Both the position numbers and the translations under genes were made by a program. Below, one piece after another: positions 17,942 to 28,086 of a DNA stretch of 64,000 bases (position 1 is its first letter; every line of letters begins with the position of its first letter). The notes below the pieces were generated by a model. It did not search any database. It saw nothing but the letters and a program-made list of their open reading frames with translations, and was not told the DNA's origin. This stretch comes from a virus (lineage: Duplodnaviria; Heunggongvirae; Uroviricota; Caudoviricetes): the IMG/VR virus record IMGVR_UViG_2925939204_000001. One strand, written 5' to 3'.

Positions 17942-18331
17942 TTAAGGTTCAGACCAGTTATCTTCAATAGCAATGCTTAATCTTTGTAGCCATTCTGCTA
18001 ATTTCAGCATTGCTTCTCTTTCGCTTAAACCACGAGGAAAATCATCAAGCGAAATTGTTGGCTTGAAGCCCCCGTAATTATCCATTTCAACAGTCAGATT
18101 TTGCTCCAGCACGGTATTCCTTACGCGGCTATTGTGCCGAAGCAAATATACTGAACGTGATTTATTGGTTTTATGGTCAAACTGATATTCGGTAAGTATC
18201 ATCTGGCTTTTGCCATGACTATTACCTCTCCACATACTTACCTCACTTAATAAAACAACTCCATGCGTAGTTGATGATTTTTTCCCACGTAATATAAATC
18301 TGCACTCCGGCAGTAAAACCAAAGCCAACAA
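17942..18331 (-). CDS. hypothetical protein (129 aa)
   Basis: Complete ORF in operon. Confidence 0.5.
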   Translation of the reverse strand: MLALVLLPECRFILRGKKSSTTHGVVLLSEVSMWRGNSHGKSQMILTEYQFDHKTNKSRSVYLLRHNSRVRNTVLEQNLTVEMDNYGGFKPTISLDDFPRGLSEREAMLKLAEWLQRLSIAIEDNWSEP

Positions 18332-18413
18332 TTGCTGAAAAAATCAAAACATTTACTTTTGACATTATAAATTTTCTCTCGGCGTCGTAGGTGATAGCAC
18401 CATAATTGATAAT

Positions 18414-18647
18414 TTAGTGAGTTAGCAGCTCCATTTTTTGGATGATTTCCGCATGAGCATCATCGTTATCAACACTTAACTCGTTTAATGCCTCTCGCAC
18501 TACATCAACTTCTTCTGGTTGGAAGAAGTCATCTCGGTAGTCACCAAATAGAACCGAAACAAGCCTGCCACCAGCAACATCAAGATTGGCGCTAACAGGT
18601 GGCTCTTTGCCATCCTCAAATTCGACTACAAAAGTTAATTTTCCCAT
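18414..18647 (-). CDS. hypothetical acidic protein (77 aa)
   Basis: Complete ORF in operon. Confidence 0.45.
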   Translation of the reverse strand: MGKLTFVVEFEDGKEPPVSANLDVAGGRLVSVLFGDYRDDFFQPEEVDVVREALNELSVDNDDAHAEIIQKMELLTH

Positions 18648-18723
18648 CGTTACCCCCAGAAGATAAAAATAGCGGCAATCGCCATAGCTACGCCTACAAT
18701 CGCAAATGCTTCAGGCCAGCTTA

Positions 18724-18984
18724 TTACCTCACCTCCAGTCTCCATACCGCCTGACCAATCCGGCTGGCATGGGTATCTTTGGATACTGTTCCATCTTTAG
18801 CCATCTCCATAAGAATTTTGCGCAAATCTGCCGAACGCCATTCTTCATCAGGAAATTCCTTCTCCATTGCCAACCGCAGATTCCAGGTTGCCATCCTGAA
18901 TGGATATTTCCCGCCGAGAGCTTTATCTTGCAGGGCAGCCCGGGAACGCATCACCTGCAAAACCTTCTCTTTTACATCCATCAT
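18724..18984 (-). CDS. hypothetical protein (86 aa)
   Basis: Complete ORF; start overlaps upstream stop. Confidence 0.45.
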   Translation of the reverse strand: MMDVKEKVLQVMRSRAALQDKALGGKYPFRMATWNLRLAMEKEFPDEEWRSADLRKILMEMAKDGTVSKDTHASRIGQAVWRLEVR

Positions 18985-19856
18985 TTCGCCTCCTGCGGCG
19001 GTTCTGGTAGAGGCATCCAGTGGGTTACACCGCCAATTGGCTCATCGTCGTCGTACTCCAATGCGGCTATATAGAACCCGTCACGACGAGAATAAGAAAT
19101 CCCGGACATTACAATGCCATCCGAAACAACAATAATGTCACCCGTTTCTTTCGGCATTCGCTCACTACAGCTTATCCAACCATCCGGAGTTACCGGAGAG
19201 TTGCCCGATAGTGCATTCTGCTCCAGTGATGCTTTTACAAACCACGCTGCCTGAACTATAACGCCATGAATCCAGCGCAAATCAGCATCGCGATCTTTCT
19301 TTTTCATCTTTTCGCCACTTAAGGCCTTGCTTATGTGGCTGCGTACCAGGTCTTCATGTAATTCCTTCGCCTCCTCAATGGTGAAACCACCAGGCAGAAG
19401 AGCCGGAGTTACCGGAGAGCTGGTTGACGCTTCCGGGATTTCCCGAAAATTATTGGTTGACGAATCTTTATTTTCCCGAAAGTTTCCGGACTGAAGCATG
19501 GCTTCGCGGCAATCGTTCCAGCCTGTAGCGTATGCAGCCGCTTTGCTGCTGCCTTCAACTGGCGCATCCTGCCAATACATTTCTTCCGGCACTATCGGCG
19601 CTGGAGGGGCGGCAAATAGATATCCGCCAAAGTCAGGAAGCTCTCTAATGGCCTGTACGAATTTTTGTTTGCCTACGTCAACTCCTAATGGGTAATGAGC
19701 TATAATCTTTGCCACCGGCTCTGCTGCCAGTGATGCCAGAGCAATTCGTGCCAGTTCTTCCGCTTCTTCTGCTGGCAGTACAACGTTGCTACCCGGTCCG
19801 TATGTTTCGCGCCACTGCTTGATTGTCAGTAGTCGATCTTTGGCAATAGTGGTCAT
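18981..19856 (-). CDS. hypothetical protein with DUF551-like C-terminus (291 aa)
   Basis: C-terminal ...WISCSERMPKE...HWMPLPEPP pattern; N-terminal region similar to the N-terminus of 21139..21591. Confidence 0.5.
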   Translation of the reverse strand: MTTIAKDRLLTIKQWRETYGPGSNVVLPAEEAEELARIALASLAAEPVAKIIAHYPLGVDVGKQKFVQAIRELPDFGGYLFAAPPAPIVPEEMYWQDAPVEGSSKAAAYATGWNDCREAMLQSGNFRENKDSSTNNFREIPEASTSSPVTPALLPGGFTIEEAKELHEDLVRSHISKALSGEKMKKKDRDADLRWIHGVIVQAAWFVKASLEQNALSGNSPVTPDGWISCSERMPKETGDIIVVSDGIVMSGISYSRRDGFYIAALEYDDDEPIGGVTHWMPLPEPPQEAK

Positions 19857-20368
19857 GCCGCGTTTCCTTCTTTCTTATTAACAATTACACCGTCATATAT
19901 TTCATTAAGGTGCCCTCTCAACTCCATACGCCTTAATGCAGATAACATGTAATCGCATTCAACCTGCTTATTTCCAGTAAATGGCTTATCGTCAGGATTA
20001 CCCCAACAGCAATTACCCTTGGGCCACCCATGTACTTTCCGTACTCTTCCGTTAACAACGTGAAGTAATCCCCAGCCAGGTGGTAAATCCTCAATTGAAA
20101 TAATTCCCGGCTCACTAATAAAGAATCGCCAGTCGCCCATTCCAAGAGACGGATTTTTACGAAAACGCTTTTTTCTATCTGCCAACAAGTCAGCACGAGA
20201 ACATTTCGCCTCTATCAGGCATGATGCTGAATTTCTGAATCCCATAGCATCTGGCTGTTCTCCGGTACTGGTTACAGCTATAAAGCGGTCATGAAAACAA
20301 ACCTTGAACCCGTTGCGCTTAAGGAACTTGTACGCAATCTGACAGAGTTCGCGGTGTGTTAACGCCAT
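19853..20368 (-). CDS. putative PD-(D/E)xK-type nuclease-like protein
   Basis: Segment TGEQPDAMGF...SCLIEAKCS fits a PD...(D/E)xK core; start taken at internal Met after the overlapping upstream ORF. Confidence 0.45.
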   Translation of the reverse strand: MALTHRELCQIAYKFLKRNGFKVCFHDRFIAVTSTGEQPDAMGFRNSASCLIEAKCSRADLLADRKKRFRKNPSLGMGDWRFFISEPGIISIEDLPPGWGLLHVVNGRVRKVHGWPKGNCCWGNPDDKPFTGNKQVECDYMLSALRRMELRGHLNEIYDGVIVNKKEGNAA

Positions 20369-20369
20369 A

Positions 20370-20558
20370 TCACTCTCCTTTAGTGCGCAAGTGGTTTTTC
20401 CAGCGGTTTTGCGCCGCGCTGGGCTTTTTGCAAAAACCACAATCCATCATCCCGTAATATTTCATCAACCCCATCCGTCGGTTGCTGAGTCTCACCCACT
20501 GCCAGACGCCAGGAGCGTTTCTACGAACTAACAGAATCTTTGCTTTACGGTTTTTCAT
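20370..20558 (-). CDS. small basic protein (62 aa, MKNRKAK...)
   Basis: Complete ORF; a second MKNRKAK-initiated short ORF lies at about 20570-20740 on the same strand. Confidence 0.35.
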   Translation of the reverse strand: MKNRKAKILLVRRNAPGVWQWVRLSNRRMGLMKYYGMMDCGFCKKPSAAQNRWKNHLRTKGE

Positions 20559-20891
20559 CTTACAGCGTACCCTTTCTTCCGCCTGTTCTGTGACGCAGTA
20601 GGCTTACGCTTTGCGGCAAAAGCCACCTGACCAAATGGATGGAGTACCGCTATCTTATGGTTGCTAATAACCAGCTCCACCACACGCACAGGTCGCTGTA
20701 AAAAAAGTCGTTTTGCCTTACGGTTTTTCATCGCTTTGCTCTCCTGCGTTTCTTTGCTGCACGCCGAGCCGCCGCGATACCAGTACGACGCTTTGATGCA
20801 GGAATACCGGTTCCATCAGAAAAGACATGCGACTTTATGAGTGATGTTGACGCCCAAAGGCGAATTGGGTGTGGAAGCAAGCCGAAGAACA

Positions 20892-21137
20892 CTATCTGCA
20901 TTTCACACCACCATTTGTATTCGGTGAGCTATTTACTTCTTTCGCGTTAGCTTTGCGCTCAGCTTCACGAATGGTATAAGCAATGTCATTTAGCATTATG
21001 ACCGACGCGAGGATGTTGCTATGCAGTTGTTCTTCAACGCGGTGCAGCACCACTATTAAATCAGGATGCTCTCTTTCAAACTTTGCACGCTCAATCTGCC
21101 ACAGATTGGCAGCTTCTAACGTTTTATTAGTCGCCAT
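20892..21137 (-). CDS. hypothetical protein (about 81 aa)
   Basis: ORF in operon; start set at internal Met (MATNKTLEAANLW). Confidence 0.4.
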   Translation of the reverse strand: MATNKTLEAANLWQIERAKFEREHPDLIVVLHRVEEQLHSNILASVIMLNDIAYTIREAERKANAKEVNSSPNTNGGVKCR

Positions 21138-21138
21138 A

Positions 21139-21591
21139 TTATTCTCCTTTTTCTTTAAGCATGGCCGCGCGGCAGGCATTCCACCCCTTCACATAACCGA
21201 ACGCCATCAACTGATCACTCATGGCGGGCAGCATTGTGTGGGTCGTACTGATTTCTTCCGGCACTACCGGCGCTGGCGGGGCGATGCGTCCAAGCAACTT
21301 ATTTACCTCTTTCGCCATCGCGTCATATTTATCTAAATGGCGATTAGCTTCTAAGCAGACTCGGCGCATCTGATCTGAGTTAACTCGTTTAACTGGATCT
21401 GCTTCCAGCGATGCCAGCGCCAACTTGAACGCCTGAAGCTCAATGGCACTGTTGGTATCCAGTCCAAACGGTAATTCATCACGATTGGCTTCGTATTCAG
21501 CGATAGTTTGCTTCAGCCATTCTTTGGTTAGTTCAGCCATATCCCTAATTCCCCTTGATGCTGACTTTGACGCCAACCTTGCGAATCTCAT
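21139..21591 (-). CDS. hypothetical protein (150 aa)
   Basis: Complete ORF in operon. Confidence 0.5.
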   Translation of the reverse strand: MRFARLASKSASRGIRDMAELTKEWLKQTIAEYEANRDELPFGLDTNSAIELQAFKLALASLEADPVKRVNSDQMRRVCLEANRHLDKYDAMAKEVNKLLGRIAPPAPVVPEEISTTHTMLPAMSDQLMAFGYVKGWNACRAAMLKEKGE

Positions 21592-22204
21592 CGGCGCATC
21601 TGTTCACGATACTCCGGTGAAACTCACAAAAAATTTTCGCCGACTGCGGCCCTAATGGGTGAACATCGTGCGCACGCGGCAGTACAACCTCCCGTGCTTC
21701 CAGTTCTGCTATGCGATTCTCTGCGGATTCCAGCTTCTCGCGCATATCGTCAACGTACTCGACCAGAGATCCGCCAGCAGGAATTTCGCACTCCTCGACC
21801 AGTTGGAAGTAGATATCAGCTGCGGCCCGTGTGTTGCTATGCCTAGCGTCGCCCATCTCACCTTCACGAAGAGCATCGCGTTCGGCGGTAAGATTGGCTA
21901 TTTTGCTGTCTTTGCCTTCCAGCTCAACGCGCAGCTTCCCTACCGTTAGCGCAATATCCTCGTTCTCCTGGTCGCGGCATTTTATGTATTGCTGGTTTCT
22001 TTCCCATTCATCCAGTAGTGCCAGCACGGTTTCTGGTCCGGTCAGAAATTTGAAGGCGTTGAGCGCATCAATATCCACACCGTAATCCTTAAGTTCCTGT
22101 TCAGTTAACAAATCATCATCAGCTGGCAACATTAACAGGCGTTCCATTGCTGGAATTGCACGTTCCGCCACCTCACGCAGTGCCTGGTAATTAATTTCGC
22201 TCAC
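21545..22204 (-). CDS. hypothetical protein, paralogue family A ([26 protein letters not shown]...)
   Basis: 219 aa; N-terminal ~90 aa near-identical to 27107..27592. Confidence 0.55.
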   Translation of the reverse strand: MSEINYQALREVAERAIPAMERLLMLPADDDLLTEQELKDYGVDIDALNAFKFLTGPETVLALLDEWERNQQYIKCRDQENEDIALTVGKLRVELEGKDSKIANLTAERDALREGEMGDARHSNTRAAADIYFQLVEECEIPAGGSLVEYVDDMREKLESAENRIAELEAREVVLPRAHDVHPLGPQSAKIFCEFHRSIVNRCADEIRKVGVKVSIKGN

Positions 22205-22613
22205 TGGATGACTCCTTTACGAAGCTGTTCAGCGATATCTTCGAGAACGCCATCAGAGAATGAGCGGTCAAAATCTCCTTCCGGCGCATTAGCCATAAAC
22301 TCAGTAGAGGTAAGAATCATCCTGGCAATATCCGCGGCGTTCTTCGCAGTATCATCAATAAAACCAGCTACCCAGGCAGCCAGCATTCTGTTCGCCACAA
22401 AGTAGGCGCCTTCCTTGCGTGCTTCAGTCTTCACTTCAGCCAGGAAAGCGTCGGTGGCTGACATATTTCCTGTTGCCTTCATGGCCTTCAAAATAACCAG
22501 AACGCCATCTTGCCCTACCAACTCGGAGATAATCTCAGTGTTGTCGCCAACAACCTCACAGAATGCCTGAACAGCTTTACGAGCAAGTGCATTCTCCGCC
22601 GCCAGCGCCGCGC
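21916..22613. repeat. ~700-bp direct repeat, copy 1 (partner at 27304..28002)
   Basis: Long near-identical runs visible by eye, e.g. CTGGATGACTCCTTTACGAAGCTGTTCAGCGATATCTTCGAGAACGCC at 22204 and 27592. Confidence 0.8.
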
Positions 22614-22860
22614 ACTTGGCCTCAAGAGCGGCAACCACTTCCTGATGGTCTTTGTACTTAACGTATGAGCCGGAGATGTCATCACCTTCGGTGTTTAGCC
22701 ATGCGTCATTGCAATTCACTGCGTAGGTTCTGATGCTCATGCTGATGCTCTCCCGCCCCTGACAGACGCCAGGCCAGTCAATAAAGTATCCGCAATGCCT
22801 ACCCTCAGACGTGCGCGCAGGATAAATGCCGTTATGACCGGCAAAATATATGCTACCCAT
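22201..22860 (-). CDS. hypothetical protein, paralogue family B
   Basis: 219 aa; C-terminal ~115 aa near-identical to 27589..28086. Confidence 0.55.
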   Translation of the reverse strand: MGSIYFAGHNGIYPARTSEGRHCGYFIDWPGVCQGRESISMSIRTYAVNCNDAWLNTEGDDISGSYVKYKDHQEVVAALEAKCAALAAENALARKAVQAFCEVVGDNTEIISELVGQDGVLVILKAMKATGNMSATDAFLAEVKTEARKEGAYFVANRMLAAWVAGFIDDTAKNAADIARMILTSTEFMANAPEGDFDRSFSDGVLEDIAEQLRKGVIQ

Positions 22861-22905
22861 TCATCTTGCGTTGCCTGGTCCGCCGCCTCGCGCAGTTCTT
22901 GATAG

Positions 22906-23502
22906 TTAATTTTGCTCACTGGTTGCCCCCTGAATACGCTTAAACTCGATTACCCATACCCACGGGTTAGATAGCCAGTTATCCTGCCCGTAAATACTGC
23001 GCCAGATATCACCAAAACCAACGCGATAAACAGCTTCAGGTGGCGTAATCTTGTACGTCGCCGGAGTTGCGCCTTCTGCTTTAGCATCTGCCTCGCTCAT
23101 GTCACGCAGCCGTTCCACACGCACGTCGGTAATTTCCAGAAGAATGCGCGATGCCCAGCGCGGCATGTGAATTGATGGCGTCCACTTTTCTGATACTGGT
23201 TTATTACAAACATCGACCGGAACCCGGTGCGTTTGTTCTGTCCAGGAGTTACGCACGCTTGCGCGATAAACCAGCGTTGCGACGTCCGTCGCTTTGCCAT
23301 GTACCCGGTAGGTTTCGCGAACCCAAATACGATCGCCCGGTTGACCATATGGACAATGCTTGGCAAACAACTCTGCGGCAACTGCTCGTCCATAGAATTT
23401 TTCTTCAACAATCCTGCGAGTCTGTGTTTTATTCCCGCCAAGAATTGCCCGGACCATCTCATCGTTAAAAATCATCCCGCGTTCTTTCATTTTTTGATCC
23501 AC
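22906..23502 (-). CDS. hypothetical protein (198 aa)
   Basis: Complete ORF in operon. Confidence 0.5.
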   Translation of the reverse strand: MDQKMKERGMIFNDEMVRAILGGNKTQTRRIVEEKFYGRAVAAELFAKHCPYGQPGDRIWVRETYRVHGKATDVATLVYRASVRNSWTEQTHRVPVDVCNKPVSEKWTPSIHMPRWASRILLEITDVRVERLRDMSEADAKAEGATPATYKITPPEAVYRVGFGDIWRSIYGQDNWLSNPWVWVIEFKRIQGATSEQN

Positions 23503-23506
23503 TCCA

Positions 23507-24502
23507 TCAGTTATTGAACGTGATCACTCCGCGCTCGATGGCGAAGTCGAAAAGCTGGTTGGCGGCTACGTAAAGGCGTATGCCATGTGCTTTTTCCCAT
23601 GCCCGGACATCGTTTTCTGCGCTTCTGGCGCATTCATCGCAAAGAGGAACGGCCCAGCGATCGTGTTCGTTTAACGAGCGGGCGCGGTACATGAACGGGT
23701 GATTAACTTTGCCTCCGCATCCGATGCACGGACGAGAAATCACAAACCGGAGATAAGCCGGGCTTTTACCGAGAACCGCTTTTGGTCGGCGCATATACAG
23801 CAGGCCGGAATCCTCATCTACAGACAGGTTGACGATCTGCTCTGCGGTTATGTCCACCAGCTCACGGGTGCTGTGCTCCCAGGTGATATCCGATTCTTTC
23901 AGTGTGCCGGTAGGGATTTCCTGTTTTGGCTGACAAAATGCAATGCGACCGGCTTCATCTGGCAGCTCGTCTTTCAGATTCCGGCGAATGGCCCAAAAAG
24001 TGAGTTCAACCATGCTCAGATCGCGTTCTGGCGGTAGTTTTAACTCGCTCGCAGCCCAGTTCATAACCCAGTTGGCACGATTCAGGGATAACTGGTCATC
24101 CAGCTTGCCGTACCCCTTCATCATGTATTCCGCATCATGCTTCCAGCACAGGCGAACGGCAGAGCCGTTATAGAAATGAGTGGTTAGCTGGTGGCTGCAA
24201 TCGCGCTTATCGTGCGCCTGGCAATCGTGGATATTGGAACTTACCCAATGAACAAGCGAATCTTCACCGCCTAATGCGTTAAATACGCGCTCGCTTTGAA
24301 AAAATGCTTTCAGAGACTGGTTGGCAACCAGCGAATAGTTCAGATCCACTACGCCATCTGGCGTGTTTTCAGCCTGTTCGCGCGGAAGTGGAGAGATAAT
24401 GAAACGGCGACCTGCGCCAATGTAGTTGCTGGTGGGCTTGTCTACCGGAAAGACAGCCACACCAGCTCCGTTTACGAAATGAGGTGTGATTATTGCACTC
24501 AT
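23507..24502 (-). CDS. hypothetical protein with C-terminal Cys cluster (331 aa)
   Basis: CIGCGG...CDEC pattern near C-terminus suggests a zinc-binding module. Confidence 0.5.
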   Translation of the reverse strand: MSAIITPHFVNGAGVAVFPVDKPTSNYIGAGRRFIISPLPREQAENTPDGVVDLNYSLVANQSLKAFFQSERVFNALGGEDSLVHWVSSNIHDCQAHDKRDCSHQLTTHFYNGSAVRLCWKHDAEYMMKGYGKLDDQLSLNRANWVMNWAASELKLPPERDLSMVELTFWAIRRNLKDELPDEAGRIAFCQPKQEIPTGTLKESDITWEHSTRELVDITAEQIVNLSVDEDSGLLYMRRPKAVLGKSPAYLRFVISRPCIGCGGKVNHPFMYRARSLNEHDRWAVPLCDECARSAENDVRAWEKAHGIRLYVAANQLFDFAIERGVITFNN

Positions 24503-24542
24503 AATGTATACCGACTCTGTTTTGTTCCGAGCGGTACAATAA

Positions 24543-24576
24543 TATGTTAGAAAACTAAAATCAATGTTCTAACACG
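24543..24576. promoter_or_regulatory. paired operator-like sites (TATGTTAGAAAACTAAAAT and TGTTCTAACAC)
   Basis: Two copies of the recurring motif in opposite orientation, upstream of the 23507..24502 gene. Confidence 0.4.
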
Positions 24577-24599
24577 TATTGAGTGCGTAAATGATTTGA

Positions 24600-25292
24600 T
24601 CAGACTTTAAGCTGCCCTCCCTTCACATGCATTAGCGTCAGATTTCCGCAAAAAACCGCGCCCGTGTCTATGTAGTGCTGATTCCAGTATGCTTTTGGTC
24701 TTCGTACCGGTGTGTGCCCAAAGATAAAGCGATCTGCGCCTGTGATTTCTCCACCAATGCCATCTATCGAATCACCGACGCGACTGCGCGACCAGACAAC
24801 ATCAAAAAGCGACACATCCTTACCGAACTGGTACTCTCCACCTGGATAGTCGGCATGGGCTATAACGATAGTTTCATGCCCGGTGTTCAGCTCAATGATA
24901 TAGGGCAGACGCTTTACCAGCTCCACCAGCGCCCTGGCTAATATTTCCTGATCAGTGTCCAGCATGAAGAACCATTGACCGCCATTCATTAGCCAGTTAT
25001 TCACATTGCCTGCGGGACTTAACGCATCGATCATTAATCGCTCGTGGTTTCCCATAACCGACCGAAACCAGGGCATCTGCAATAGCTCTAGGCATTCAAC
25101 ATTTTCGGTGCCGCGATCGATAAGGTCGCCAACCGATATCAGTAAATCCTGTGTCGGGTCAAAATCCACACGATGGAGTTCATTCATAAGTAGGGTGCAG
25201 CAACCGTGCAAATCACCAACAACCCATATGTTTCTGTAGCCTGAACCATCAATACGGCTATATAAATTCACTTCATGCAGCGCCTGATTCAT
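24600..25292 (-). CDS. Ser/Thr protein phosphatase (lambda-PPase / PrpA-like metallophosphatase)
   Basis: Metallophosphatase motifs GDLHG, GDLIDRG, GNHE. Confidence 0.8.
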   Translation of the reverse strand: MNQALHEVNLYSRIDGSGYRNIWVVGDLHGCCTLLMNELHRVDFDPTQDLLISVGDLIDRGTENVECLELLQMPWFRSVMGNHERLMIDALSPAGNVNNWLMNGGQWFFMLDTDQEILARALVELVKRLPYIIELNTGHETIVIAHADYPGGEYQFGKDVSLFDVVWSRSRVGDSIDGIGGEITGADRFIFGHTPVRRPKAYWNQHYIDTGAVFCGNLTLMHVKGGQLKV

Positions 25293-25600
25293 GCGGCAAC
25301 CTTCTCCCGCAGCCAGATACAAACCGGGCCATCTTCAGTGTCATGAATAGAGCCTACAAACCATCCTTCGCCCTCTGGTCGCTCTGGTTCCCAGGCGGCA
25401 ATATCGGGACCATCTGCGTCCAGATTAAAATCATCTTCATCCATACTGCGAATAGTCCACTGAAGATTATTTTCCTTCATCCAGGCGTCAAATTCCTCAG
25501 TGGATATATATTCACGACCTGCGCAAAACTTTTCATACTCCGGATGTGTCCAGCAGCCATATTCATCACGTTCTACCGGCATTTCTTTAATTGTGTTCAC
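25289..25600 (-). CDS. hypothetical protein (103 aa)
   Basis: Complete ORF; coupled. Confidence 0.5.
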   Translation of the reverse strand: MNTIKEMPVERDEYGCWTHPEYEKFCAGREYISTEEFDAWMKENNLQWTIRSMDEDDFNLDADGPDIAAWEPERPEGEGWFVGSIHDTEDGPVCIWLREKVAA

Positions 25601-25821
25601 TCTTCATCCTCCAAATCAGCAACCGCGTCCATCACATCAGAACCGCGAATAACTTCAAAAGCGCGGCAGGCCATTTGAAATACCCGTTGCTCTTGCGGGT
25701 GCGGAGACTCCCAATATTTGAAGCCTGGGCGATGCGTGTACCCCATCATGGAATAAAAATCGCCAGCAAGTTCAATCGCGGCATCAACAAGTTCGCGATT
25801 TGTCATCGTCTGTTCTGTCAT
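25597..25821 (-). CDS. hypothetical protein (74 aa)
   Basis: Complete ORF; coupled. Confidence 0.45.
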   Translation of the reverse strand: MTEQTMTNRELVDAAIELAGDFYSMMGYTHRPGFKYWESPHPQEQRVFQMACRAFEVIRGSDVMDAVADLEDEE

Positions 25822-26093
25822 TTGGTTTTATCCTGTCTGAACATCACTATCATCAGGTCGCCTTTTGTCGCTATCCTCGCTGTTGTGCCTGGTTCAATGC
25901 TGCCAAGTTCAAATGCGTCATAGAACGCTTCTAATGCCTTCTGGCGTAGTTCCTGTTTGCGCCGTTTTTTCCACTGTTTCAGGAAAATGGAACCCAGCCA
26001 TCGCCATGTACGGGACATGATGTAAAGCCAACCGAGAAGTGCCAGACCGGAATTTAGGAGCGTATCGATCGTTATTGTCGTGTCGATATTCAC
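25818..26093 (-). CDS. small membrane protein (91 aa)
   Basis: Hydrophobic helix LLNSGLALLGWLYIM. Confidence 0.45.
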   Translation of the reverse strand: MNIDTTITIDTLLNSGLALLGWLYIMSRTWRWLGSIFLKQWKKRRKQELRQKALEAFYDAFELGSIEPGTTARIATKGDLMIVMFRQDKTK

Positions 26094-26785
26094 TGGCTGC
26101 CTCCTCTTCGAAGCTCATCGGCAAAGTCAGTTGCATGTTCACCGAGTAGTTTCCAGTTATCGCGTATATCAGATGCAAGCGACTGTTCGGATTTTGAGTT
26201 ACATTTCTGTGCAAACATCTCCAATCCCTGCGCCCGGACTTCAGCCAGGAAAGCATCAGTGGTTGGCGTTTCAGGTATCTGTCTCCTCATCCGTTCTATT
26301 GCATGATTGAACCCGAAGTCTTCCGCGAGAGATACGTCATCCATATTGTCATTGTCATCCTCAATATCCCGTGATTCTGGAATTGCAGACTTTATTCCCG
26401 CATTCTCCGCCGCCAGCGCCGCGCAATTACCCTCCAGCTCTGCAATGCGCTGTTTTGCGGCATCAAGTTCAATCGATAATTTTTCCAACTGCTCTTTATG
26501 CTTCTTGTATTCCTGATATGCGTGCCAGGACTGACCTTTGCGCACACTATCAGTAATATCAGTAATCTGTTCTGGTGTTAGCGTGGTCAGTGGCTGTGCT
26601 GGGAAAATCAGCACTTTCCCGGAATCCCAATCAAAACCAGCGTGAATTGACTGAACCTCAACTGAAGGTGTTGAACCAATGCTGCCAGGCGAATGAACAA
26701 CGATCGTTACATCCATATCGCGACGATGGCTGTGGTTGTTGGACAAAATACGATTCACCAACTCAGAAAATTTGGAAAATTTCAT
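26090..26785 (-). CDS. hypothetical protein with coiled-coil segment
   Basis: Contains the LAAENA motif shared with the paralogue-B family; start set at internal Met overlapping upstream stop. Confidence 0.5.
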   Translation of the reverse strand: MKFSKFSELVNRILSNNHSHRRDMDVTIVVHSPGSIGSTPSVEVQSIHAGFDWDSGKVLIFPAQPLTTLTPEQITDITDSVRKGQSWHAYQEYKKHKEQLEKLSIELDAAKQRIAELEGNCAALAAENAGIKSAIPESRDIEDDNDNMDDVSLAEDFGFNHAIERMRRQIPETPTTDAFLAEVRAQGLEMFAQKCNSKSEQSLASDIRDNWKLLGEHATDFADELRRGGSQ

Positions 26786-27138
26786 GCTGATTCCCTTTGA
26801 TCTTCCTGGATAATGTTGTTGCAATCTTTCACGCACTCGTTGCAGATGAAAGCGTTGTCCCCGGCAATTAACTTTTTAACGGTGTGCTGGGATTTGTTGC
26901 AGAAGCTGCAATAAAGCGTTGGACTGGCTGATACGGATGGTGCGCCAGATGTCAGCCGCGCGATGTCGTTCTTGCGACGCAATATCACACGGCTGCACTC
27001 AACCAGCATCTCCGGGGATATACCCTCCTCCGTGGCGAGCGCCTCCAGACGTTCGAGCAAGCGAAATACTTTTTCCTGGGTGATTGCATAATGCGATGTG
27101 GCCATCTCACTCTCCTTTGATGCGAATGCCTGTTGCAA
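26782..27138 (-). CDS. small protein with ClpX-type zinc-binding domain
   Basis: [29 protein letters not shown] closely resembles the ClpX N-terminal C4 zinc-finger (LYCSFCGKSQHEVRKLIAG...ICDECV); no AAA+ module. Confidence 0.6.
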   Translation of the reverse strand: MQQAFASKESEMATSHYAITQEKVFRLLERLEALATEEGISPEMLVECSRVILRRKNDIARLTSGAPSVSASPTLYCSFCNKSQHTVKKLIAGDNAFICNECVKDCNNIIQEDQRESA

Positions 27139-27592
27139 TGCTGTTTATGATGCTGTCAGTGCATGGGGTAGAAAGCTGGGCATCTCCAGCAATTTTCATG
27201 ACCTCAACATCTGCATATCGAATACCGAGGTGTATCAGACCGGCTATGCCTGACTTAAGCCGAGCATTTTCCATAAATAGAACTTTTGCCCGCTGTTTTT
27301 CTGCTTCAAGCTCAACGCGCAGCTTCCCTACCGTTAGCGCAATATCCTCGTTCTCCTGATCGCGGAGTTTGATGTATTGCTGGTTTTTTTCCCGTTCATC
27401 CAGTAGTGCCAGCACGGTTTCTGGTCCGGTCAGAAATTTGAAGGCGTTGAGCGCATCAATATCCACACCGTAATCTTTAAGTTCCTGTTCACTTAACAAG
27501 TCATCATCAGCTGGCAACATTAACAGGCGTTCCATTGCTGGAATTGCACGTTCCGCCACCTCACGCAGTGCCTGGTAATTAATTTCGCTCAC
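27107..27592 (-). CDS. hypothetical protein, paralogue family A (second copy)
   Basis: 161 aa; N-terminus near-identical to 21545..22204. Confidence 0.55.
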   Translation of the reverse strand: MSEINYQALREVAERAIPAMERLLMLPADDDLLSEQELKDYGVDIDALNAFKFLTGPETVLALLDEREKNQQYIKLRDQENEDIALTVGKLRVELEAEKQRAKVLFMENARLKSGIAGLIHLGIRYADVEVMKIAGDAQLSTPCTDSIINSIATGIRIKGE

Positions 27593-28002
27593 TGGATGAC
27601 TCCTTTACGAAGCTGTTCAGCGATATCTTCGAGAACGCCATCAGAGAATGAGCGGTCAAAATCTCCTTCCGGCGCATTAGCCATAAACTCAGTAGAGGTA
27701 AGAATCATCCTGGCAATATCCGCGGCGTTCTTCGCAGTATCATCAATAAAACCAGCTACCCAGGCAGCCAGCATTCTGTTCGCCACAAAGTAGGCGCCTT
27801 CCTTGCGTGCTTCAGTCTTCACTTCAGCCAAGAAAGCGTCGGTGGCTGGCATATTTCCTGTTGCCTTCATGGCCTCCAAAATAACCAGAACGCCATCTCT
27901 CCCAACCTCCTCACAGATAACCTCAGTGTTGTCGCCAACAACATCGCAGAATGCCTGAACTGCTTTACGAGCCAGCTCATTCTCCGCAGCCAGCGCCGCG
28001 CG
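27304..28002. repeat. ~700-bp direct repeat, copy 2 (partner at 21916..22613)
   Basis: Same near-identical runs as copy 1. Confidence 0.8.
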
Positions 28003-28086
28003 CTCTTTCTCAAGTCGGGAAATTTCCGTTACATACTCAGCGTTACGCTCTGCCAGTTGTGCGGGCGTTAAACCTTCAGACTTCAT
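27589..28086 (-). CDS. hypothetical protein, paralogue family B (second copy)
   Basis: 165 aa; C-terminus near-identical to 22201..22860. Confidence 0.55.
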   Translation of the reverse strand: MKSEGLTPAQLAERNAEYVTEISRLEKERAALAAENELARKAVQAFCDVVGDNTEVICEEVGRDGVLVILEAMKATGNMPATDAFLAEVKTEARKEGAYFVANRMLAAWVAGFIDDTAKNAADIARMILTSTEFMANAPEGDFDRSFSDGVLEDIAEQLRKGVIQ

